DNA from: an uncultured Gammaproteobacteria bacterium
GTDB lineage: Bacteria; Patescibacteriota; Patescibacteriia; 2-12-FULL-60-25
Assembly (NCBI GenBank): GCA_964582475.1
Contig: CAZOQS010000004.1
Span: 63,489 to 127,488, forward strand
Length of the DNA stretch: 64,000 bases
Reading direction: 5' to 3'
Positions within the stretch are counted from its first letter, which is position 1, and every line of letters begins with the position of its first letter. Below, one piece after another: positions 1 through 8,137 of the stretch. The translations under genes and the position numbers were made by a program. A model generated the notes under the pieces. It made no database searches and was not told where the DNA came from. It was given only the letters and a program-made list of their open reading frames with translations.

Positions 1-1377
1 ATAAAGCGCATCAATAATGGCAGTGAGGGTTATCGTAAAATGTTACGGATTTGGTTTAACGCCGTCATTGAGATCACGGTGAACCTGATCTTGATCAATG
101 TGATCATTGCGCGCTTCGACTATCTCGTTCTGGGGGCGATGGTCCTGTTTTTTATTTTGTATTTCGTCGTATCTGAGCGCATGCGAAAGGTGTCCGGAAC
201 CGCTTCCTATCGCGTGAACGAACAAGAGGAACAGGTCAACGGTGTTTTCTTTGAAGCGATCAATAACGTTCGGACGGTGAAAGTGATGGCCATGGCGGAT
301 GTGCTCTACGGGACTCTCACAAAGCACATGGATGAGCTGATGAAGCGTATCGGAATACGTATTTTTTGGAATCAATCGAGAGATAGTTTGCTCGTTTTCT
401 TGGCGCTTAGCTTCCGCTTGCTCATGACCGCATTGATTATCCGCGGCATCCTGAAAGGCCAATACGATATTGGATTCTTGGTTTTGTTCAGTACCTACTT
501 CTCGAACTTATCTGGATCGGTCGACCAACTCGCGAGCGCTTCCCAAGAGCTTGAGATGGCGCGTCTGAGCATCGCGCGTATGAAGCATATTCTGAATGAA
601 CCGGTTACCATCGATCAAGAAGAGGGGAAGAAAGCCTTTCCACGACAATGGGAAAAGGTTACGTTTTCAAACGTTTCCTTTGCGTATGAGGAGAATCAAG
701 TCTTAAAGAATATTTCGTTTGAGATCAAACGTGGAGAAAAAGTGGGGATCATCGGGCTGTCTGGAGCCGGAAAATCAACCCTGTTCAAGCTTTTGTTGAA
801 GGAGCGAGAAAACTTCACGGGGGACATTCTATTCGATGATCTTTCGATGAAAGACATCGGCGGAAAAGATTATTTCAAACATGTGTCTGTTGTGTTGCAG
901 GATACGGAAGTCTTCAACTTCTCGTTACAAGATAATATTACGATGACGAACAGTAAGCAGAAGAATAATCAAAAACTCTTGAAACAGGCGCTGGAAACCG
1001 CTCACATCTCAGACTTTGTCGGAAAACTTCCAAATGGAATTGATACGGTGATTGGTGAAAAGGGCGTGAAGCTGTCTGGAGGAGAACGCCAACGGTTAGG
1101 GATCGCCCGTGCTATTTTCAAAGAGCCGCAGATCCTCCTCTTGGATGAAGCAACCTCTCATTTAGACTTAGAATCAGAAGAAAAGATCCGTGATTCGTTA
1201 CACGCCTTCTTCGAAAACGTCACCGCGATTGTAATTGCGCATCGTCTGACGACGATCAAGGAAATGGACAAGATTATTGTGATCGAAGGTGGGGAAGTCG
1301 TGGAGTCGGGGAACTTTGAAGAGCTGCAAGCAAAGAAGGGGAGATTCTATCAGCTCTGGAAAAAGCAGAAGCTGTAA
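1..1377 (+). CDS. ABC exporter, fused permease + ATP-binding protein (5' end outside window)
   Basis: Frame 1 is open from nt 1. The C-terminal NBD has Walker A GLSGAGKST, ABC signature LSGGERQR, Walker B ILLLDEATS and H-loop IAHRL. The N-terminal part is hydrophobic. Confidence 0.9.
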   Translation: MKRINNGSEGYRKMLRIWFNAVIEITVNLILINVIIARFDYLVLGAMVLFFILYFVVSERMRKVSGTASYRVNEQEEQVNGVFFEAINNVRTVKVMAMADVLYGTLTKHMDELMKRIGIRIFWNQSRDSLLVFLALSFRLLMTALIIRGILKGQYDIGFLVLFSTYFSNLSGSVDQLASASQELEMARLSIARMKHILNEPVTIDQEEGKKAFPRQWEKVTFSNVSFAYEENQVLKNISFEIKRGEKVGIIGLSGAGKSTLFKLLLKERENFTGDILFDDLSMKDIGGKDYFKHVSVVLQDTEVFNFSLQDNITMTNSKQKNNQKLLKQALETAHISDFVGKLPNGIDTVIGEKGVKLSGGERQRLGIARAIFKEPQILLLDEATSHLDLESEEKIRDSLHAFFENVTAIVIAHRLTTIKEMDKIIVIEGGEVVESGNFEELQAKKGRFYQLWKKQKL

Positions 1378-1383
1378 GACGAG

Positions 1384-1430
1384 CAAACAAACACACCTCT
1401 CATTTGAGAGGTGTGTTTGTTTGATTTTTG
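1384..1430 (+). terminator. Rho-independent terminator after the ABC transporter gene
   Basis: Perfect 18-bp stem CAAACAAACACACCTCTC / GAGAGGTGTGTTTGTTTG with a 4-nt loop, followed by ATTTTTG. Confidence 0.8.
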
Positions 1431-1431
1431 G

Positions 1432-2007
1432 TTATTGTTGCGTCGAGCTCGCGGTCGCCATCAACCCTTTATCCTGATCGATACCCGTCGTATTCTTTAC
1501 CTCACTCTCAGGAGAGAAATCATTGAAGGTGAGAACGGTTTGGCCTTCTTTGTAGTTGGTGAAGAATGAATCTGGGAGGTCATCCACTTTGGTACTCCAA
1601 TCTTTCCCGTAGAGTTGTTCCGCCACTTCTTCTGTTTTGATCCAGCGAAGCACGCCACCACGAGTGATCGCATAGACTTTTGGATCCGTATCTACCTTGA
1701 TTAAGCGCACGCCAGGCTTATAGGTGACATTCCCCCCAAGCGGGGTTTTGATGAGCTCCGCATCCGCAATCTGTTTCACATAGGTAAATGTATCGAACCA
1801 AGAAAGGTAGGTTTTATCATTCGGAAAGACGTAGCGTTTTCCATCAGGTCCAAGATAGTAAACGGTGGTCCAGGAAGTGCCTTTGATGAGGCGCCCGTTT
1901 GTAGGGTCGGCTGGTTTGGTGGGGGATGGGGCGGGTGAATCTTTCGAACAGCCAGCGCCAGCGAGGGCGAGAAAGAAAATACTCGAGATGAGAAGGAGTT
2001 TTTTCAT
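1432..2007 (-). CDS. Hypothetical lipoprotein
   Basis: Signal peptide MKKLLLISSIFFLALAGAGC with lipobox L-A-G-A-G-C. Host-like GC and a pyrimidine-type start context. No recognisable catalytic motif. Confidence 0.6.
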   Translation of the reverse strand: MKKLLLISSIFFLALAGAGCSKDSPAPSPTKPADPTNGRLIKGTSWTTVYYLGPDGKRYVFPNDKTYLSWFDTFTYVKQIADAELIKTPLGGNVTYKPGVRLIKVDTDPKVYAITRGGVLRWIKTEEVAEQLYGKDWSTKVDDLPDSFFTNYKEGQTVLTFNDFSPESEVKNTTGIDQDKGLMATASSTQQ

Positions 2008-2064
2008 AGTAATCTTAGTCTACTACGGTTGGAGGAACAAAAGTATCATTTGTAAGGCTTCTGA

Positions 2065-2093
2065 TTGACAAAATGCCTATTTTATAGTATAGT
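2065..2093 (+). promoter_or_regulatory. Sigma70-like promoter reading toward the high-GC lipoprotein gene
   Basis: TTGACA (2065-2070), 17-nt spacer, TATAGT (2088-2093), in an AT-rich intergenic stretch. Confidence 0.45.
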
Positions 2094-2241
2094 TCTCCGT
2101 TAATTTACAATGCGAGATCGTACCAAAGTAGGCTAGAACACCGCCTTAATTCGTGGATAGAGCTTCAAGGAAGTGGCGCTTGAGGTCCTGTCCGCGATTC
2201 GCGGCTGGAGAGTCAATAGTGCATGAAGGAGGTCGACGACG

Positions 2242-3309
2242 ATGAGAAGCAAGAAGATTGGTTTGGGTCTCGGTGCGGTGCTGACGACGATCATGGGCTG
2301 TGCCCAGATCGAGATCGGTCCGCAGACGCGACTCCGGAGGGTCGAGGACACCGGCACGACGCTGCCGCCCTCGGCCAACAACACCTCGCCCCCCGTGGAC
2401 GAGCCCGACACCGGTACGCTCGTCTCCGACGACGTGCCCTACGTCGAACCGGCGGAGGACGGTGGCTCGATGGAGCTGCCGGTCGACGCGGGTGACCCCA
2501 TCGAGCCGGAGGACGTCCCGACCCCGGTCGAGCCCGACGCCGGTCCGATGCTCCCGCCCGGGGAGCTGACGGCTTCGCGCTTCGACCTCACCCTCAGCCC
2601 CGGACGCATCATCGGCGGGACGTACCAGGACCTCCTGGGGCTCGTCTTCCGTTCGACCGGTGCGCCGGTCGCGCTGAAGATGTTCCGTATCGGGTTCACG
2701 ATCGGCGGCGCCATGAACGGCGACCCGATTCCGAACTGGACGCTCAGCGACCTCGCCTTGCGCGGGACCGCGAACATCCCCGGGCTCCGGATGTCCATTC
2801 GCAGCGAGCGGATCCTGCCGAGCATGGGGTTCGAGGGTGGGTACACCAACACGGTGGTCACCTTCGTCTACGACCGCGAGCTCATCGTCACCCGGGACGG
2901 CGTGACGGCGACCTTCGGCGGCCGCTCCACGGGTGATCTCCGCCTCGGCGACCGCCTCTACACCAGCTTCGTCTTCGGTGAGGGGCGATACACCTACGCG
3001 GGTAGCTCGGAGGGCGCACTCCTCCCGGGCAACTACCTGTTCCCGAGCTACAGCGAGGTCACGGCGGACGGGCCCCACCTGTTCTACGGTACTGGCCGCT
3101 GCGACACCATCGTGCCGGCGGCCTACCACATGCCGGGCAACGCCACGCGCGGCATCATCCTGTGGTCGCCGCGCCTGCCGGGCCACAATGAGCTCGATTG
3201 CAGCAACGGCGGATCTGCCGACTGGCACAACGTGCTGGCTGCGCAGTACGACGGCCACGGCGGCGGCCCCATCAACTCGTACAGCACGGAGTACACCGCC
3301 GTCCCCTGA
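2242..3309 (+). CDS. High-GC hypothetical lipoprotein (compositionally foreign)
   Basis: ATG preceded by AAGGAGG (2226-2232). Signal peptide MRSKKIGLGLGAVLTTIMGC. GC3-rich codons (42/60 G+C in row 2401-2460). Acidic/Pro-rich linker followed by a globular domain. Confidence 0.65.
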   Translation: MRSKKIGLGLGAVLTTIMGCAQIEIGPQTRLRRVEDTGTTLPPSANNTSPPVDEPDTGTLVSDDVPYVEPAEDGGSMELPVDAGDPIEPEDVPTPVEPDAGPMLPPGELTASRFDLTLSPGRIIGGTYQDLLGLVFRSTGAPVALKMFRIGFTIGGAMNGDPIPNWTLSDLALRGTANIPGLRMSIRSERILPSMGFEGGYTNTVVTFVYDRELIVTRDGVTATFGGRSTGDLRLGDRLYTSFVFGEGRYTYAGSSEGALLPGNYLFPSYSEVTADGPHLFYGTGRCDTIVPAAYHMPGNATRGIILWSPRLPGHNELDCSNGGSADWHNVLAAQYDGHGGGPINSYSTEYTAVP

Positions 3310-3436
3310 ACCTTCCCACCCCGCTTGGTCCTGAGCTAACAGGACCGTCAGAGCAGCGCTCACCCGCTGCGGCTCCCCGGATGCCCTGACCATCCACTCC
3401 CTCCTTTGTCATTCTCTCTGAGGATGAAAGAGGTCG

Positions 3437-3472
3437 CACAAACACCGAGCTGAGCTCGGTGTTTGTGTTTTT
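3437..3472 (+). terminator. Rho-independent terminator
   Basis: Stem CACAAACACCGAGC / GCTCGGTGTTTGTG followed by TTTTT. Confidence 0.7.
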
Positions 3473-3839
3473 AGGAGAATGGGGTTTTAAGGAGCGCTCA
3501 AGAAACAACTCTCACCGCGCCCCGCGGACAGCAACACACTGCGTGCTGATCCCAGGGGTGCGTTGTTGTATTCAGGGGAATGTCTCACCAGTTTTTGAGG
3601 TTTTTATTGAGTACAATAGGCTATACTCCAGCATATGATTGATGGAAGAGCGCGTATAAGTAGCGAGGCGAACTCGTGGGCCGCTCCCTCTTGTAGGAGA
3701 AAGAGAGTAAAAGATATTGAGATAATATTTTAATACACATATTAGTTGTATTCTCTTTTCAGTACAAATAAAAACACCTCTCTTACGAGAAGTGTTTTTG
3801 TTTGTACCAATCTCAGCTTGTATATCGAGCTGAGCTCGA

Positions 3840-3914
3840 TGGAGCGGGTAGGGGGAGTCGAACCCCCATCTCGTCCTTGGCAAGGACGCATAATAGCCGC
3901 TATACGATACCCGC
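3840..3914 (-). tRNA. tRNA-Gly (anticodon GCC), CCA encoded
   Basis: The reverse complement reads GCGGGTATCGTATAGCGG...CGTCC-TTGCCAA-GGACG...GGGGGTTCGACTCCCCC-TACCCGC-T-CCA. It has a 7-bp acceptor stem, a T-loop GGTTCGA and discriminator U. Confidence 0.93.
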
Positions 3915-3973
3915 TTGGGCGCTATTTACGCGCCCAGGATAGTACCAGGGGTAAAGCCGGCTTGCAAGGCCGT

Positions 3974-6508
3974 TTAGGTGGTACTTGGAATAGGTTGTTT
4001 CGGAAGGAGCTGGGTGGCTTTTCGTTTTTCGAGCCAGCGACGGATGCCTTCGACGGCGCCAATGCTTCCGAGGGCAATGCCGATGGCGTTCCAGGGGAGG
4101 TTGGTGCTGCTTGGGCTGGTGGCGGCTGTCTTGGTGGTTGGCTCTGGATGACGAAGGATCACAATGTCAGCCGCTTTCGAGGGTTGGATTTTCCAGACGC
4201 CACTTCGCCCATCAAAGATGCCGCTGACTTCGATTGTATCGCCTGTTTTTACGCGTTGCGCGCGATAGCCAAGGATGGCTTTGATCGGGATCGTTACTTC
4301 TCCAATCTGTGCCTCAAGCGTGATGGCGGAAGCGCGACTGTCGGTAACGAGGCCTTCGAGTTTGGTGAAGCTCCATTGATCTTCGATGCCGGGAGCGGTC
4401 CATTCAACGAGGCGTGGACTTGAAGTTGTGGTGAGCGCTACCGATTTCCAGGTATCGCCTGCTTCCATCTGAAGTTGGACCCCTTCATCATTCGCAAACA
4501 GGAGTCCGGTGATTTCAATTGTTTCGCCGAGTTGAGGACTGGGTTGAGCGGTTGTGGCTTTGACAAGCAGGCCGCGTCCATCTGGGGCGAGGAGTACGAA
4601 GCGCTGCTTTCCAAAGACGCCAACCGTTGATCCGACCAAGCCTTGAAGCCGTACGCGAACACGTGGCGTGAGCTGTTCGGCAGGGATCTGTTCGAAGTGA
4701 GTCACAGAAGAGGGGAGAACAAGAGATTTCTTAGTGGATGTTGCGGGAGCTTTTTTAGCTGTGGGTTTGGCTGTGGCCCTTTTCTTCGCAGGCGTTTTCT
4801 TGGGGACTGCAGTCTTCTTTTCGGTGGTATTACTGGATGAATCGGTGGAGCTCTTCGCAGCCGTTCCGAGAGTCTTAACTTCGCCTGTACTCTTCGGTGC
4901 AGTAGACGGGGGTGCAGATTGCTTAGCTGAAGCGACAGACTTGGGTTGAGTACCCGTCTTCGCTGTGACGGTCTTTGGAACGGGGGTTGCTTTCACCGCT
5001 GGTGTGGCTACGGTAGCCGCTTCAAACACGTTTGGAGCGTTCTTAGTGGGACGACGAGTGAGCTTCCAGGTGGATGAGAGATCATCTCTCATCCAAGAAG
5101 TGCCTTTCAAGCTCGCTCCATAGCGTACTTCTTGCGCAATTGTTCCGTCGGCACGTCTTAATCGAACAAGCGCGCCAGCATTTTTCAGTTTCGCGGTTTT
5201 CCAAGCGGGAAGGAGATACGCTCCTTGAGGATTCAGGGCTTGGATCGTTGGAGCCGTCAACGAGAAGATGAGTTTTCCATCGGCTTCTAATTTCCAATCA
5301 ATATAGCGGAGGGGGCTCGCGTTCTCTGGGAGTCTGAGCTCGATCCACTCTTCTTCGCCGGGAGCAGGGGCAGCCATGATTTCCGTGATAACCAGATCGA
5401 AGGCGGCGGAATCGAGAGGAGTTAAAACAGGAGCAGAACTTGGTGGAGCACTGGGGGGTATTACAGCAGGAGAAGGTACGGCTACGGAGGAGATTGTAGA
5501 CGTAACGTGTTCAATGGTGCTGGTTACAGGGGGAGTTGAAGTTGGGGTGATGACGAGTGTGGAAGTCCCCGACTCGAACGGGAGGATCTCGTCCGTACTT
5601 GTGACAGAAATGATTTCGGGAAGCTCGGGAGTTTCTTGTATCTCTGGTAGAGCTGATGTGCTCGTTGGGAGAGGAGCGGGTTCATAGGGGGAAGGTGCGG
5701 GTAAGTCAGATTGTTCTTCGATCAGGTCGGCAGGAGTCACTCCGTAGAGCAACTCCTCCTCCGGGTCTAAGAGAGGTGGCTCGGGCGCAGGCACGGGCTC
5801 TTCGGTGGGAAGGGTGCGTACTTCTTCCACCTCTTCGGGCAAGGGAATAGATTCGGTGACGATAGGAGTGGTGCTGGTGGTTGCGGGAAGAGCGTTTTCA
5901 GCCCCTGGCTTTGGTATCGGCGTGCATTCATCACAGACGCCGGGAGTGCCAAGATCAGGAGCGCTCGGGTTGAAAACGCTTGTAGCCGACTTCCAAATCC
6001 ATCCAGTCGTTGAAGCGGTTCTGATCATGCTCGTATTGAGTGGAGTGGAAGCGCCAGCCGGAGGCTTTGTTCCCGTTCCCGCGCTATCTCTGAGCGCACC
6101 GGTTTGATCACGCAGCTCAATCAAGAGGCGATCATTTGTAAGCGATAAGGTGCTGGTTGAAAGAGCGATGGTTTGGGTTGTGAGCAGCGTCTTATCCGAT
6201 GTGTTCGTGTAGTTCGCGATGAGGAGCGTTTGTTGTGGAGCGATGCTGTCTGTCTGGGTGAAGAAGATAGGTGTATCGCTGACACCAGTGAGTGACCAGC
6301 CCGCAAGAGAGACGGGCTCGGTGCTAATGTTCCATAATTCGAGCCATTCATCTGCGGTCGAGCGGGAAGACCCAGACCACTGGATTTCACCGATGAGAAT
6401 CTGAGTGGATGGTTCAAAGGCCAAGGTGGCTTGAAGCGGAGTGAATAAGGTACACCAAACCAACAGAGACGAGAGCAGAGCTCGTCCCCTTGAGCTGGGG
6501 CGGGGCAT
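3974..6508 (-). CDS. Large secreted/anchored surface protein with two lamin-tail (LTD) domains and C-terminal OB-like domains
   Basis: N-terminal signal sequence. LTD-type motifs GEIQWSGS...DEWLELWN and ITEIMAAP...EEWIELRL. Long P/T/S/E linkers and a K/T/A-rich basic linker. C-terminal TM helix WNAIGIALGSIGAV followed by basic residues. Confidence 0.75.
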   Translation of the reverse strand: MPRPSSRGRALLSSLLVWCTLFTPLQATLAFEPSTQILIGEIQWSGSSRSTADEWLELWNISTEPVSLAGWSLTGVSDTPIFFTQTDSIAPQQTLLIANYTNTSDKTLLTTQTIALSTSTLSLTNDRLLIELRDQTGALRDSAGTGTKPPAGASTPLNTSMIRTASTTGWIWKSATSVFNPSAPDLGTPGVCDECTPIPKPGAENALPATTSTTPIVTESIPLPEEVEEVRTLPTEEPVPAPEPPLLDPEEELLYGVTPADLIEEQSDLPAPSPYEPAPLPTSTSALPEIQETPELPEIISVTSTDEILPFESGTSTLVITPTSTPPVTSTIEHVTSTISSVAVPSPAVIPPSAPPSSAPVLTPLDSAAFDLVITEIMAAPAPGEEEWIELRLPENASPLRYIDWKLEADGKLIFSLTAPTIQALNPQGAYLLPAWKTAKLKNAGALVRLRRADGTIAQEVRYGASLKGTSWMRDDLSSTWKLTRRPTKNAPNVFEAATVATPAVKATPVPKTVTAKTGTQPKSVASAKQSAPPSTAPKSTGEVKTLGTAAKSSTDSSSNTTEKKTAVPKKTPAKKRATAKPTAKKAPATSTKKSLVLPSSVTHFEQIPAEQLTPRVRVRLQGLVGSTVGVFGKQRFVLLAPDGRGLLVKATTAQPSPQLGETIEITGLLFANDEGVQLQMEAGDTWKSVALTTTSSPRLVEWTAPGIEDQWSFTKLEGLVTDSRASAITLEAQIGEVTIPIKAILGYRAQRVKTGDTIEVSGIFDGRSGVWKIQPSKAADIVILRHPEPTTKTAATSPSSTNLPWNAIGIALGSIGAVEGIRRWLEKRKATQLLPKQPIPSTT

Positions 6509-6868
6509 GTTGTGAGGCGACTGATCCGCCGACGGATCGGGTGAAGCGTCGTTGTTCTCAGGCCTTCTTCTCCATCATGTCATGGGTTTTTTCTTGCATG
6601 TGGAAAGGCTGTTTACGAGCAGAAAATAGATGTACGGAGGAACGAGTCTGTTTAGGTAAGACGAGAATGACTTCGTTAAAACTTCTGAGCGAGAAGAGCT
6701 ATCTCCAGGTTTTATCTTTGTTAGGTGTTAATCAAACGAATTACAAAACAATTTTGACGTTCCGTGTCTTGACGTAGGGGAGTTGAAGCTCGTTTTCGTA
6801 GAGGCGTTGTCCCCAGTTGAACAGTCTCTCTGTGGATAAGAAGAGGAAGTAGAGGAATAGTAGGCATC

Positions 6869-6902
6869 TTGACGGTGTTCTGTTTCTGTTCTACTTTTGT
6901 TC
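6869..6902 (+). promoter_or_regulatory. lexA promoter with candidate SOS operator (GTTC-N7-GTTC-N7-GTTC)
   Basis: TTGACG at 6869-6874. GTTC at 6877-6880, 6888-6891 and 6899-6902, each separated by exactly 7 nt. Weak -10 TACTTT at 6892-6897, 17 nt from the -35. Confidence 0.5.
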
Positions 6903-6905
6903 TAT

Positions 6906-7529
6906 ATGGCGCTCGCTCTTACCCCAAAACAGAAAGAGGTACTGGACTTCATTGTTCAGTACATCCACGACCGCGGCTTTGCCCCTTCCTATCGCGAAAT
7001 CGCGACTGGTCTGGAGTTGGCTTCGCCCTCGACGGTGCACGTGCATGTCCAAGCGCTTCGTCAGCGTGGGTATTTGCGTGATTCAGAGGGAGACTCGGGG
7101 AATCGTGAGCTTGAACCAACCGACCAAGCTGTTCGCTGGGGCCGAAGCGTTGTGCTGCCCCTGATTGGATTGATCACCGCTGGTCAGCCGATTGAAGCGA
7201 TCGAAGATCGTCGCGAGACACTAGCTGTTCCATCCGAGCTGGCCTCGGACCCATCTAATAGCTATATCCTGAGAGTAAAGGGCGAATCGATGATCGATGA
7301 GGGGATTCTTGATGGCGACTACGTCGTGATCGAACGGAACCCAGCTCCGCGTAATGGAGATGTGGTAGTTGCTCTTCTTGATAACGCCTACGCCACTCTT
7401 AAAAAGTTTTACCGTGAACGTGGACGCGTCCGACTGCAGCCTGCAAACAAAACAATGAAACCGATCTACTGTGATGATCCATTGATTCAAGGAGTAGTAA
7501 AAGGCGTGATTCGATCCTTTAGTCATTAA
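6906..7529 (+). CDS. lexA: LexA repressor (S24 peptidase)
   Basis: N-terminal winged HTH LTPKQKEVLDFIVQYIHDRGFAPSYREIA. Cleavage site ITAGQPI. Catalytic GESM and LKKF motifs. ATG at 6906 in a host-type context (ttctatATG). Confidence 0.92.
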   Translation: MALALTPKQKEVLDFIVQYIHDRGFAPSYREIATGLELASPSTVHVHVQALRQRGYLRDSEGDSGNRELEPTDQAVRWGRSVVLPLIGLITAGQPIEAIEDRRETLAVPSELASDPSNSYILRVKGESMIDEGILDGDYVVIERNPAPRNGDVVVALLDNAYATLKKFYRERGRVRLQPANKTMKPIYCDDPLIQGVVKGVIRSFSH

Positions 7530-7607
7530 ATCAAATTCTTTTCAACGCTCTTCTTTCCAAGGCTCGCTTGGCGCTTCTTTTTGCTCTCTTTGTTTACTTC
7601 CTCTTCT

Positions 7608-7895
7608 ATGATCTATCGAAAAGTGCAGGCTCCCATCGATGTGATGATGTGTTTTCGTGATGGGCACCCTGAACCGATGTTTTTCAAATGGAATGATCGT
7701 TTTCATCAAGTGAAGCGCGTCCTCTTTATGCACGCAGAACGGGTAGGGCAGAGACGTGTCTATTTTTTCTCCGTTTCAGATGGCTCTCAGGCCTTCCGCC
7801 TCCGTTTCTGCACCGAGTCCCTCAATTGGTCGCTCGAAGAGGTTTGTCGTATAGAGCGCAGTGTAACCCCTGTGCTTGAGGCGGTTTTGGCCTGA
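7608..7895 (+). CDS. Small hypothetical protein downstream of lexA
   Basis: ORF with ATG in the host-type context cctcttctATG. No recognisable motif. Confidence 0.45.
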   Translation: MIYRKVQAPIDVMMCFRDGHPEPMFFKWNDRFHQVKRVLFMHAERVGQRRVYFFSVSDGSQAFRLRFCTESLNWSLEEVCRIERSVTPVLEAVLA

Positions 7896-7918
7896 AAAGC
7901 AAAACATTGTGCGAAAAG

Positions 7919-7992
7919 TCGGGGTGACAGGACTTGAACCTGCGGCCTCCTGCTCCCAAAGCAGGCGCTCTAGCCAACTGAGCTACGCCCCG
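7919..7992 (-). tRNA. tRNA-Pro (anticodon TGG), CCA not encoded
   Basis: The reverse complement reads CGGGGCGTAGCTCAGTTGGCTAGAGCG-CCTGC-TTTGGGA-GCAGG...GCAGGTTCAAGTCCTGT-CACCCCG-A. One C-A mismatch in the acceptor stem. Confidence 0.88.
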
Positions 7993-8137
7993 ACTCTTTT
8001 CACAATGTGCGGGGATAATAGCGGGAAATGAGAAACTTGCCAAGCTCCTTTTGAAACGGTCCCGTAAATGATACACTATGGGCGATTGACGGATTCGTTT
8101 AGCCCTTCAATCGATTGATGATCCTTTGGGACATTTC

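Noticed and set aside
2146-3393. A 415-aa antisense ORF and several other 90-140-aa ORFs overlap the high-GC lipoprotein gene.
   Set aside because: Long stop-free frames are expected on all strands of DNA that is about 70 percent GC. Only the + frame at 2242-3309 has an SD, a lipoprotein signal peptide and sensible residue composition. The antisense product is Arg/Ala/Gly/Val-rich, which is typical of spurious GC-rich frames.
3446-3839. A repeated 13-mer, CGAGCTGAGCTCG, occurs at about 3446-3458 and about 3827-3839.
   Set aside because: Exact 13-mer pairs are expected by chance at this window size. One copy is simply the loop and stem of a terminator hairpin. The other is a short palindrome next to tRNA-Gly. 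I cannot support a mobile-element or repeat-family call.
7822-8076. ORFs translate across tRNA genes. Those at 7822-8076 and 19243-19425 both contain ...AQLARAP..GAGGRRFKSC..PD. A third is at 3746-4423.
   Set aside because: The shared peptide is simply the translation of the two tRNA-Pro genes. The 3746-4423 ORF runs through tRNA-Gly and is antisense to the LTD protein gene. None has start-context support.
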